A DNA stretch of 46,817 nt from a virus, in the IMG/VR virus record IMGVR_UViG_3300045988_073363, positions 1 to 46,817 of that record. The stretch is one strand, 5' to 3'. The translations under genes were made by a program, and so were the position numbers. Below, one piece after another: positions 33,408 through 41,024 of this stretch. Each line of letters starts with the position of its first letter. The stretch's first letter is position 1. Under the pieces are notes generated by a model. The model was given only the letters and a program-made list of their open reading frames with translations, was not told the DNA's origin and did no database searches.

Positions 33408-34667
33408 TTAGAACGCTCCTCTCCACGCTTCGGCGTATTTGTTATTGACGGTCAAGCGCTCACTAATCATATGCGCAGCGTCTTTGCTCAATCCCTTTGC
33501 AATGCACTGTTTGATACAACTTACAGTGTCCAGCCCCACAGACTCCATCGCTGTCACGTTCTGAGCGCAGCGGTACGAAAGAATCATATTCACGCCAACA
33601 GCCTTGCAAGCCTTGCGCAAGTCGTAAATAAAAGAAATCAAGTCTTTGTTGCCGTTGGTTACTGCATTGAAAATATCTTTGCTGTAATCAATATCGACCA
33701 CTGCAAAACGGTCAAGCGTTGCAGCGTCCAGCTGGTAACGTCCAGTATACTCAGCGTCCGCACCAGTGCCGTATGTATTGCCTGCGCAGATGAATCGGCA
33801 ATTTTCGTTTAACTCGACTTTACCACAAGGAAAGTCAAAGTATCTGTTTGCAATCGCTGCATTGAGCGCCACAAGCACTTCGGGAATACTTGCGTCCATC
33901 TCATCCAGGAAGAACACGCCACCATTGCAGCAGAAGTCGTAAAACTGAGTCTTGCTGTAATGTCCATTAGCGTCTACAAAGCCGGTGAATTTATAAATAT
34001 CCTGCACAGCACCGCTAAAATAAAAATCCATATCCAGCGCACTTGCGGCACTCTTTGCAATGCTGCTTTTGCCAGTGCCAGCCGGGCCGCTCATGAATAC
34101 AGGAACGTTCGCGGTGACGTATTTCAAGATAGTTTCAAACATTTCATGCTGCACAGAACCAGCAGATTTTTTGCTACCATCTGGCAACTTTACCACAATT
34201 TCCTTTTGCGGCAACTTGCCATACTTCTCAAAGATAAAAGCGTCCAGGTCTTTGCACACTTTGTTAAAGACTTGTTCTTCCTTGATTTGTGCCAGCATTG
34301 CCAGCGCTGCGCCTGCTGCTGTGAAGTCTGCCGCCTGATTTGTGGGCATTGCAGCGCTGTTCGGCTTGTGTGCGTCGGCATTGCGGTCAGACTTTGCCGC
34401 CCCATGTTCCTCACGCCATTCTGCAATAGCGTCGTCCAGCTCTTTCAAGCATACAGTCAAGTCGTCCTTGACGCCGCGCTCAATAACTTCACCGTTGCAA
34501 GTGTAGCGGTATTCGTTGGGGACTTTCTCAAACATGCGTCCATCACGGCTGCACATAATGCGCTCGACATACTGTTCTGCGCTGTTACCGTTGAGGGCTG
34601 CGTCCTTGATGATAGACTTGTCAATGCTGTAAGTATTCCGCTTGTTTCTGTAAAGAATAATTTCCAT
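33408..34667 (-). CDS. AAA_5 (MoxR/CobS-like) ATPase with a unique N-terminal domain of about 190 aa.
   Basis: ORF track, 419 aa. Walker A SGPAGTGKSS, Walker B VFFLDEMDA, and downstream NAAIANR / AGNTY..GR..LD.ATLDRF, typical of AAA_5. Confidence 0.7.
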   Translation of the reverse strand: MEIILYRNKRNTYSIDKSIIKDAALNGNSAEQYVERIMCSRDGRMFEKVPNEYRYTCNGEVIERGVKDDLTVCLKELDDAIAEWREEHGAAKSDRNADAHKPNSAAMPTNQAADFTAAGAALAMLAQIKEEQVFNKVCKDLDAFIFEKYGKLPQKEIVVKLPDGSKKSAGSVQHEMFETILKYVTANVPVFMSGPAGTGKSSIAKSAASALDMDFYFSGAVQDIYKFTGFVDANGHYSKTQFYDFCCNGGVFFLDEMDASIPEVLVALNAAIANRYFDFPCGKVELNENCRFICAGNTYGTGADAEYTGRYQLDAATLDRFAVVDIDYSKDIFNAVTNGNKDLISFIYDLRKACKAVGVNMILSYRCAQNVTAMESVGLDTVSCIKQCIAKGLSKDAAHMISERLTVNNKYAEAWRGAF

Positions 34668-34726
34668 GATTTTTCTCCTATTCGTGTGTGTTGTGTGTTG
34701 TGTGTGTCTCCGTTTGGAGTGTCTTT

Positions 34727-34755
34727 ATCATAGCACATTGCAACACACTTGTCCA
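34727..34755 (-). promoter_or_regulatory. Promoter of the AAA_5 operon.
   Basis: Minus strand reads TGGACA - 17 nt - TATGAT with a TGn extension. A CA-rich leader follows (cacacacaacacacaacacacac), then AGGAG. Confidence 0.5.
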
Positions 34756-34804
34756 CAGGATATTTGTTGCAAAACATGCACTTTTGTTGCAACTAAAAGT
34801 TAGG

Positions 34805-34848
34805 CGCATTTTGCCCATATTTTCAACGCATTTTGCCCATATTTTCAA
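34805..34848. repeat. Perfect 22-bp tandem duplication.
   Basis: cgcattttgcccatattttcaa at 34805-34826 and again at 34827-34848. Confidence 0.9.
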
Positions 34849-34988
34849 GATGTATTATATATATATTATATATAATCCCCTACCCTGCTACCCATCGTGT
34901 TTATATGTTTTAGATTCGTTACGGGGAAAAGAACAAGCCCGGCAGGGGAGTGGAGTAAACCACACGCCCACCGGGCCAGTATCTATTT

Positions 34989-35052
34989 GCGATTGCTTGC
35001 GATTGCGATTAGCGATTAGCGATTGACTAATTGCGATTTAGCGATTGCGATT
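34989..35052. repeat. Array of eight GCGATT motifs in 64 bp.
   Basis: Copies start at 34989, 34999, 35005, 35012, 35019, 35033, 35041 and 35047. The last overlaps the TAA of 35051..35467. Confidence 0.85.
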
Positions 35053-35467
35053 AGTCACCGAACAGCATTTCGACCAGCATCTTTGCGATTTCATCGCGGG
35101 TAGGCTTGCCGCCCTCTTTGCTGTCCTCTTTGCGATTGCACTCCCCGCAGTGCTCTTTCTTTTCCTGCGGCTCATCGTCGTCTTCGTCATCGTCATCGCT
35201 GTTGATGTTTGCGAGCGCAGCCATTGCACTAGGGTCGTTTGCAAGACTCTTTGCGATAAAAGCAACCTCACGCATAGAAATGCCGACCTTGTCACACATA
35301 ATAAGGCACATGCCGAGGATTTCAGCATTAGTGCCCTTCATGCCGCTGAAACCAATAAGGGCGCCATTGTTGTTTGCATTGTTGTTGAGGATGTGAATGA
35401 TGCCCTTGAAATCATCGTGCTCCGCAAAAAAATCCTTGCAAACCTTAGAAAATTCATTGATGGTCAT
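35051..35467 (-). CDS. Hypothetical protein with a poly-acidic tract (SDDDDEDDDEPQE).
   Basis: ORF track, 138 aa. The ATG has AAGGAG upstream. Confidence 0.65.
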   Translation of the reverse strand: MTINEFSKVCKDFFAEHDDFKGIIHILNNNANNNGALIGFSGMKGTNAEILGMCLIMCDKVGISMREVAFIAKSLANDPSAMAALANINSDDDDEDDDEPQEKKEHCGECNRKEDSKEGGKPTRDEIAKMLVEMLFGD

Positions 35468-35542
35468 AAAACAAAATCTCCTTTTATTTTGTTCACAGCG
35501 ATAAGGCTTTCAAGCGATTTGCTTGTTTCCTGCTGTGATTTT

Positions 35543-35571
35543 ACTATATTACATGCGATTGCAATTGTCAA
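35543..35571 (-). promoter_or_regulatory. Near-consensus promoter with a GCGATT motif in its spacer.
   Basis: Minus strand reads TTGACA - 17 nt - TATAGT. The spacer contains aatcgca, the complement of tgcgatt at 35554-60. Two more GCGAT(T/A) copies lie in the 5' UTR (35498, 35514). Confidence 0.6.
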
Positions 35572-35580
35572 TAGGGAATT

Positions 35581-36219
35581 TTAAATTTCTTTCGATTCTC
35601 CCTCGATTGTTTTGCCGGACTTGTAATCTTCCAGCATCTTGTCGAGTTCTGCATTGCTTGCAGTTGCCACGGGATTGTTTGCGGTGGAAATCTGAATCTC
35701 TTGTTTTGCAGACCAACCGCCGCCGTTGTTCATCATACCAACGTACAGCAGGGGCGGCATCTTTCCGGACAATCCTAATTGCGATTTAATTGCCATGAAA
35801 TCATTCTTAGCTTTCTGCACAAGTTCAGACGCAGACACATAGATTTCATCACCGTTGCCGTCAATCACGGATTCTTTGCGCATCTTTGTTGATTGAATAT
35901 AATCCATCTGCGAGCGAGTCATCCCAACGAAACTGCACCAGCCAAGATAATCAGGAATTAGATAAGTGTCGCTGTCGTAAATGTACTTTAAGTATTCAAT
36001 TTCCCAGTCGAGAACTTTTTGCGCAGTGACTTGCGATGGCTGTTTCACTGTGATTGCTAGACCTTGCAGCAGCGCACGGATGTTGCCTTTATCTTCCACA
36101 GATTCCGGCGGTGTCTGCCCTTGCATGAAACGTTGTTTGGCTAACACCAAGTTACCATCTTCATTGCGATAGACCTGTGTTTCCTTAGGCTTGTTTTTTG
36201 CCCCTTTAGTCCTCGCCAT
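35581..36219 (-). CDS. Terminase-small-subunit-like / DNA-binding protein.
   Basis: ORF track 35581..36249, with ATG at 36219. A basic N-terminus, LGWCSFVGMTRSQMDY (HTH-like) and a C-terminal GMMNNGGGWS resemble small-terminase families. It lies 15 kb from terL. Confidence 0.35.
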   Translation of the reverse strand: MARTKGAKNKPKETQVYRNEDGNLVLAKQRFMQGQTPPESVEDKGNIRALLQGLAITVKQPSQVTAQKVLDWEIEYLKYIYDSDTYLIPDYLGWCSFVGMTRSQMDYIQSTKMRKESVIDGNGDEIYVSASELVQKAKNDFMAIKSQLGLSGKMPPLLYVGMMNNGGGWSAKQEIQISTANNPVATASNAELDKMLEDYKSGKTIEGESKEI

Positions 36220-36844
36220 CGTATGCCACCGCCTTTGCGATTTCGCCATAGATTCGCTTCATGTCAAGCATGTAAGTCGCTCTTAGGCTTGTTCTGACCT
36301 GCTCAATTCGCTGTCTGGAAAGCCCAAGTTCCCTTGCAATGTCGGATTGATTCGCGTTTGGATTCTCTACGAGCGCCTTTGCGATTCTCTGCCATGAGCC
36401 ATTGCCGTGCTTTGGGAAAACGTTATGTTCAAACGCCCATGGAATGAACTTGCACTCGCAGATACACTCTTTGCTGCGAAGAAAAGAATCCAAGTCTTTA
36501 GTCCACATGATTCGCTTACCGCAATGCCTGCACTTTAACTCGTACTTAACAGCGTACAGAATCCCATCCGACTTGCACAGATTCGTTTTAATATCCTCAC
36601 ATCCCCAGCCATGCGGCATCAGCTTTAGGTTTGCTTTTCGTAGCATAGCTATTTCTTCAATTTCCCTGCGCTCGCTTTTTAGCATAATATCCCCAGTGCG
36701 ATTAAGACGATTATAGCAATTACGGCACAGATAGCCAAATTGCTTGTCTTTATACCATGCCTGTTGAATTTCTTTCCCATGCACGATTATAGGGCTTGTT
36801 TTAGCGCCGCAGTAACCGCACGAGTGCCGCTTCATTGTACCCAT
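36206..36844 (-). CDS. Cys-rich (zinc-finger) protein with a C-terminal HTH; putative transcription regulator.
   Basis: ORF track, 212 aa. CGYCG..CRNC and CRHCG..CICEC are followed by NQSDIARELGLSRQRIEQV. The start is either 36844 or 36835 (ATGA overlap). Confidence 0.5.
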   Translation of the reverse strand: MGTMKRHSCGYCGAKTSPIIVHGKEIQQAWYKDKQFGYLCRNCYNRLNRTGDIMLKSERREIEEIAMLRKANLKLMPHGWGCEDIKTNLCKSDGILYAVKYELKCRHCGKRIMWTKDLDSFLRSKECICECKFIPWAFEHNVFPKHGNGSWQRIAKALVENPNANQSDIARELGLSRQRIEQVRTSLRATYMLDMKRIYGEIAKAVAYDGED

Positions 36845-37191
36845 TTTTTAAACAACTCCATCCAATCTTCAAATTTCATGGTTACGAGCCAGTCACCACC
36901 GTTTTTGCGATGAACCACTGTCGGCTTGCCGTCTTTCTGCAACTCGCTGTCTCTGACCGCCTGTTGCATTGCTAACTCCAAGTTGAGCTTTTCAACTCGC
37001 TTCACTTCGATATGGATGCCGGGGACGCCAGCTACATCGGCTTCACCGTCTTTACTGTTCCCTTTGCACTGTGCGCTTCTGTGAGCATCGGGAAAGCCGT
37101 TGTCGATGAACATGTGAGCGACTTCCCGCTCTCCTATCTTGCCCTTATTTCGGCTCATTCTGCCTATCTGTGAACGTGTTTTATTTGCCAT
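36832..37191 (-). CDS. PD-(D/E)XK-type Holliday-junction-resolvase-like endonuclease.
   Basis: ORF track, 119 aa. GKIGEREVAHMF..DV..IHIEVKR fits an E...D...E-x-K nuclease core seen in small phage resolvases. Confidence 0.5.
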   Translation of the reverse strand: MANKTRSQIGRMSRNKGKIGEREVAHMFIDNGFPDAHRSAQCKGNSKDGEADVAGVPGIHIEVKRVEKLNLELAMQQAVRDSELQKDGKPTVVHRKNGGDWLVTMKFEDWMELFKKWVQ

Positions 37192-37199
37192 GTTTCACC

Positions 37200-38447
37200 T
37201 CAAAACGGTAATTGTTGGCCGGAACAATCCTCGAAGCCATCTTCATCAACTCCGAGCTGTCTGATTTGCTGCGTTTCTGCGTTAAACACGCAATCGATAG
37301 AACCGACTCTGCCCTCTTTATTCTTTCCGAGAATCACCTTGTAACCATCCTCGTAGCCGTTATGCAAGAGAATAATCACATCGGATGCTTCCTCGATGCC
37401 GCCAGATTCTTTAAGGTCTGCCAGCGTAGGCGGCTGCTGTGCGCCTTGGCGATTGATTTGCGCCAGAACCACAGTAACGATTTTCTCATTCTGCGCCATG
37501 ACGTGCAAGTCGTTGATAGCATTTGTGGTGAGTTCATAGCGCCCCTGTCCGTGCGATTTAACGATGGTTAGATAGTCTACAAAGACAACCTCTGCGCCGC
37601 GCCTGACGGCTTCATTGCGAACCCATTGAACAGTTCTACCAGCTGACGGAACAATCTCAAAGTCAAGCAACGCAAACCGTGCTTTGCACTCGTTCCAACG
37701 CTTCTTATCTTCATCTGTCAGGCAACGCTTCTTGATGTGCGCCAGAGGAATACCTGCATAAGCTGCAACCATACGGTCAACAACCTTTGCTTCGCTTGTC
37801 TCAAAGCTAAAGAACACGCACTTATGCTTCATTGCCATGTGCAACATGAAGTTAAGGCTGATTGCAGTCTTACCAGCTGACGGACGACCGCCAATTACGA
37901 TTAAGTCTCCGCGCTCAACGTAAGAGCAATCGTCCAAATCAGGCAATCCGAACTTGAAGTATTCCGGCTGCGATTTCTGGTTTTGCTCAAACAATGCGAC
38001 TGCGCTTTTTGCGTTGGTACTCTCCGCTTCTTTGACTCCGTTGAACGGCACGAGAATACTCTCTGCCATCTCTTGCAAATCTGCGATAGATACAGAAGTA
38101 GTCAAAGCCGCATTCACCATCTCATTAGCTCTGTTCACTACTGTGCGAGTCGTGTAAGAGTCTTTGACGCTGTTCATGTATAACTTCCAGTTAGACACAC
38201 TCGGAAGCGTTTCGGCATACCGCAGAGCTACTGTGCGCAGCTCCGGGTTAAGGCGAGAAGAAATAGTGGCTATGTCATAAGCGCCGTTCTTCTCAAAATA
38301 TGCTTTCTGGCAAACCTCAAAGACTTCCCGGCATTCGTCACTAAAGAACATCTCTGCCGTAATCTCCGAGAATACCTCACTGCAACACTCCTTTGGCTCT
38401 AACAGCAAGCAGCCAATCAAAGCGGTTTCAGAATCAAGACCTTTCAT
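37200..38447 (-). CDS. dnaB: DnaB-type replicative helicase.
   Basis: ORF track, 415 aa. Walker A GGRPSAGKTA, a DnaB-like N-terminal domain, and RecA-like motifs (VFVDYLT, QINRQ). Confidence 0.85.
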   Translation of the reverse strand: MKGLDSETALIGCLLLEPKECCSEVFSEITAEMFFSDECREVFEVCQKAYFEKNGAYDIATISSRLNPELRTVALRYAETLPSVSNWKLYMNSVKDSYTTRTVVNRANEMVNAALTTSVSIADLQEMAESILVPFNGVKEAESTNAKSAVALFEQNQKSQPEYFKFGLPDLDDCSYVERGDLIVIGGRPSAGKTAISLNFMLHMAMKHKCVFFSFETSEAKVVDRMVAAYAGIPLAHIKKRCLTDEDKKRWNECKARFALLDFEIVPSAGRTVQWVRNEAVRRGAEVVFVDYLTIVKSHGQGRYELTTNAINDLHVMAQNEKIVTVVLAQINRQGAQQPPTLADLKESGGIEEASDVIILLHNGYEDGYKVILGKNKEGRVGSIDCVFNAETQQIRQLGVDEDGFEDCSGQQLPF

Positions 38448-38719
38448 TTGCCATCCCTCTTTAACTTTTGCATCATCATCGCGTCACGACCACGCAGAGG
38501 GGTCAATTTCGCGTACAAATCGCTTACCTTGATACAATGCTGGCATGTCTTAGAACACTCTACAAGGGCTTCTTTAACGCTCTGGAAGTCATACGCTCCA
38601 AGTGCTTTATGATACAGCATCGCAAGGCTCTCAAAGTCATTTTCCGAGAAACGGCAAAAGTCTAGCGGATAGAGCAAGCGATTTGCAGTCACGAGCTGTT
38701 CAGCTTCACTTCTTGTCAT
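38444..38719 (-). CDS. Hypothetical protein.
   Basis: ORF track, 91 aa. Coupled to the helicase gene by an ATGA overlap. Confidence 0.6.
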   Translation of the reverse strand: MTRSEAEQLVTANRLLYPLDFCRFSENDFESLAMLYHKALGAYDFQSVKEALVECSKTCQHCIKVSDLYAKLTPLRGRDAMMMQKLKRDGK

Positions 38720-38984
38720 CTTTTACCCACCTTGCCTTGTTATTTTCTTCGTCCAGCTCCTTTTTGTAGCCGTTAGAATCGAGCCACAACTCGAAGTTGG
38801 CTTCATGGTACTTAAAAAACTGGTAATTATCCAGGTCATCTTTGAACGCAATTAAAAGCTCTTGAAGCATGCTTGCAAGCATTGCAAGAATAATGCAAGC
38901 GATAACGCACACGGAAAACGCTCCGACGACAGCGAACAATGTCACCGCAAAGCCGATATATCCATGATAAATAGCTGTCCACAT
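38706..38984 (-). CDS. Small membrane protein.
   Basis: ORF track 38706..38993. The ATG at 38984 has GGAGTG 6 nt upstream. Two hydrophobic helices. Confidence 0.55.
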   Translation of the reverse strand: MWTAIYHGYIGFAVTLFAVVGAFSVCVIACIILAMLASMLQELLIAFKDDLDNYQFFKYHEANFELWLDSNGYKKELDEENNKARWVKDDKK

Positions 38985-38986
38985 AG

Positions 38987-39397
38987 TTACCACTCCAATC
39001 TTGCAACGCCATCTTTGTAAACGATGGGCGCTTTCTGCTGCGGTTTAACTCCGAGATAATCCTGATAGCGAGTATTAAAGAACGTAGAACCCATCAGAAT
39101 ATATTTCTCGTCCTTGCCTTTCGTAGTAGCTGCGTAAGCGCTCACAGCTTGAATCATTGGTTCTCTGCCAACTTTCAGTAAACGCTTCTTAGCAGTTAAA
39201 GAGATAGCACTCTTGCCAGCCTTTCGCGGATACAGTTTCCAAAGTTCCTCGAATAACTCATTGGCTTTCTTCGTTTCTTCGGATTCTGCGATTTTCTGCT
39301 GAACTGCGCCGGAGTCGTTCTCTTTTAACTCGGAGATGAGGTGGTCAATGTCAAGGCGAATCTTTTCAAGCCTTGCAATTGCTTGTTCATTTGTCAT
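38987..39397 (-). CDS. Hypothetical replication-module protein.
   Basis: ORF track, 136 aa. FEELWKLYPRKAGKSA is a motif recurrent in phage replication modules; its function is unknown. Confidence 0.55.
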   Translation of the reverse strand: MTNEQAIARLEKIRLDIDHLISELKENDSGAVQQKIAESEETKKANELFEELWKLYPRKAGKSAISLTAKKRLLKVGREPMIQAVSAYAATTKGKDEKYILMGSTFFNTRYQDYLGVKPQQKAPIVYKDGVARLEW

Positions 39398-39437
39398 TCA
39401 GCATTTCTCCTTTCATTTCGTTGCCTTTATTATAGCT

Positions 39438-39466
39438 ATTATAGCACGACGAAATGCTGTTGTCAA
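39438..39466 (-). promoter_or_regulatory. Consensus sigma-A promoter.
   Basis: Minus strand reads TTGACA - 17 nt - TATAAT. An 8-bp inverted repeat, catttcgt/acgaaatg, brackets the -10 and the start site. Confidence 0.7.
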
Positions 39467-39473
39467 GAGGGAA

Positions 39474-40139
39474 TTACTGTCTCACAAGATACTTGTATTC
39501 GCTTGCCATCGCAGACATTTGCTCGATCGGCTCGTAGTTGTTCATAAACTCTGTGTATTTCCCAGGCCCCATACCAATAGACAACTGACATTTGCCGCTC
39601 AAAACAGATGCAGGGATTGTGTAAAATTTAGAAACGTAAGCGTTACCGTCCTTATCTTCTTCAATGCAATAACAAGCATAAACATCACAAGTTTGGTTCT
39701 TTTTCTCCAAGTTAAATGTGTAATACGGGGAACTGCCATAATTGCCGAACTTGCGAGAAACTTTAACGTCAACCTTAACAGCATTATCAACGAGAACATC
39801 ATAGGGATAAGCGTCTTTAAGAATGTTTACATGCGTACAAATGTGACCAGATTTAACCATTTCGTCAATGAAATAATCCTCATAATTAAACCCTAACCGC
39901 GATTCGCTATCCTTGATTTCCATTCCAAGTTCCTTTGCCCATCTCGCGGGGCCACCAGTTCTACGCATTGCATTCGTCAATTTATAATTTCCATAAAATT
40001 GACGAATTTCTTCATAGGATGGCATCATTTCCTGCCCCGTTTTGCTTACCATGTACTGCAATGCTTCTTTGATTGCATCGTCTGTCCATCTCGTTTTTAC
40101 ACTCGCGTCAAAAAGCCCATCAATAAAAAAATCTGCCAT
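39474..40139 (-). CDS. Putative PD-(D/E)XK-like endonuclease.
   Basis: ORF track, 221 aa. YDVLVDNAVKVDVKVS fits a D...(D/E)xK core. Function is uncertain. Confidence 0.4.
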   Translation of the reverse strand: MADFFIDGLFDASVKTRWTDDAIKEALQYMVSKTGQEMMPSYEEIRQFYGNYKLTNAMRRTGGPARWAKELGMEIKDSESRLGFNYEDYFIDEMVKSGHICTHVNILKDAYPYDVLVDNAVKVDVKVSRKFGNYGSSPYYTFNLEKKNQTCDVYACYCIEEDKDGNAYVSKFYTIPASVLSGKCQLSIGMGPGKYTEFMNNYEPIEQMSAMASEYKYLVRQ

Positions 40140-40174
40140 AATATAATCGCTCCTTTGTTTTTTGGATTGACTAT

Positions 40175-40203
40175 ATTATAGCAGACTTTCAAAACAAAGT
40201 CAA
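40175..40203 (-). promoter_or_regulatory. Consensus sigma-A promoter.
   Basis: Minus strand reads TTGACT - 17 nt - TATAAT with a TGn extension. Confidence 0.7.
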
Positions 40204-40233
40204 CATTTATTTTCTGACTTTGATTAGATTATT

Positions 40234-40656
40234 CTAAAATGGGAGATCCCCATCATCGGAAATAGGTTCAAGGTCGAGCGACTTTTCCTGTTTCGGCTGC
40301 TGGTGGTCATACAGCGCATCGCCGTAGTTTGCGTTGGGGTTAGGATTGCCGCCGCCGCGAGGGTCATCGCCCGGAACATGGCCGTTTACCAGCAGGTTCA
40401 TGCTCTCATAGCGCTTGCCGTTGTAATCACGGACGGACTTCTCCACACCGTTGATTGCAGAAATCTGAACTTTTCCGGCAGCGTAAATCTCGTCCGCGTT
40501 GGTAAAAATCAGGACGTTGAACCAGCCATTGGTCTTATATGTTCCGTCAGGCTGGCGCTCGGAATCGCTGATGCTTGCACGCAAGTACGGGTTGCCTTTC
40601 TTGCTCGTGTACACATTCGGCTTGAACAGCTTGTAGACTTTGCCAGGTTTAATCAT
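40234..40656 (-). CDS. ssb: Single-stranded DNA-binding protein; ends in TAG.
   Basis: ORF track, 140 aa. An OB-like N-terminus, a Gly/Pro/Asn-rich linker and the hallmark acidic tip DDGDLPF immediately before the TAG. Confidence 0.8.
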   Translation of the reverse strand: MIKPGKVYKLFKPNVYTSKKGNPYLRASISDSERQPDGTYKTNGWFNVLIFTNADEIYAAGKVQISAINGVEKSVRDYNGKRYESMNLLVNGHVPGDDPRGGGNPNPNANYGDALYDHQQPKQEKSLDLEPISDDGDLPF

Positions 40657-40678
40657 AGTTATATCTCCTTACTTAAAT

Positions 40679-41005
40679 TTATTCACGGTAGCCATCGTAG
40701 ATTTCCAATTCCCAATTCCCATCATCGTCAACCGCGAGAATCGTCTGCCCGTTGTAGGCATTTTTGTTTGTTTTCTTTACCATCTCAACGAAATATTGAA
40801 AATCTTCGAGTTTATCAATCGTGACGTAAAGTGTGCTTTCATCTCGAAAACGCCATTTTCCAGACTTGTAATCAAAAAATTCTCTCTTTTTGCCGGTTGC
40901 GACACGTTCAAGTTTGAAACGAGGGTCTTTGAGAAACGGATACCTCTCAATTATTTCGTCCCCGTTATCGAACCATGAAACGGTTGAAGTTACTTGCACT
41001 CGCAC
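40679..41005 (-). CDS. Hypothetical protein.
   Basis: ORF track, 108 aa. GTG start with GGGAGTGA 6 nt upstream. Confidence 0.6.
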   Translation of the reverse strand: MRVQVTSTVSWFDNGDEIIERYPFLKDPRFKLERVATGKKREFFDYKSGKWRFRDESTLYVTIDKLEDFQYFVEMVKKTNKNAYNGQTILAVDDDGNWELEIYDGYRE

Positions 41006-41024
41006 AAAACATCACTCCCAACTT

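Noticed and set aside
34851-34878. The (TA)n palindrome as a dif/XerCD-type or attP core that might explain the missing integrase.
   Set aside because: It lacks the conserved XerD-arm sequence (TTATGTAAA-like) that I recall for Firmicutes dif sites, and simple alternating TA is common in AT-rich control regions. There is no supporting evidence.
34805-35052. The short repeats as a CRISPR array.
   Set aside because: The units are contiguous (22-mer x2) or only 6-7 bp apart (GCGATT x8), with no spacers of 25-40 nt. There are no cas genes and no leader-like organisation.
39474-40139. T7 run at codons 3-5 of this gene (plus-strand A7, about 40125-40131) as a second programmed frameshift site.
   Set aside because: It is too close to the start codon to have an obvious function, and the zero frame continues as a full-length, well-formed ORF.
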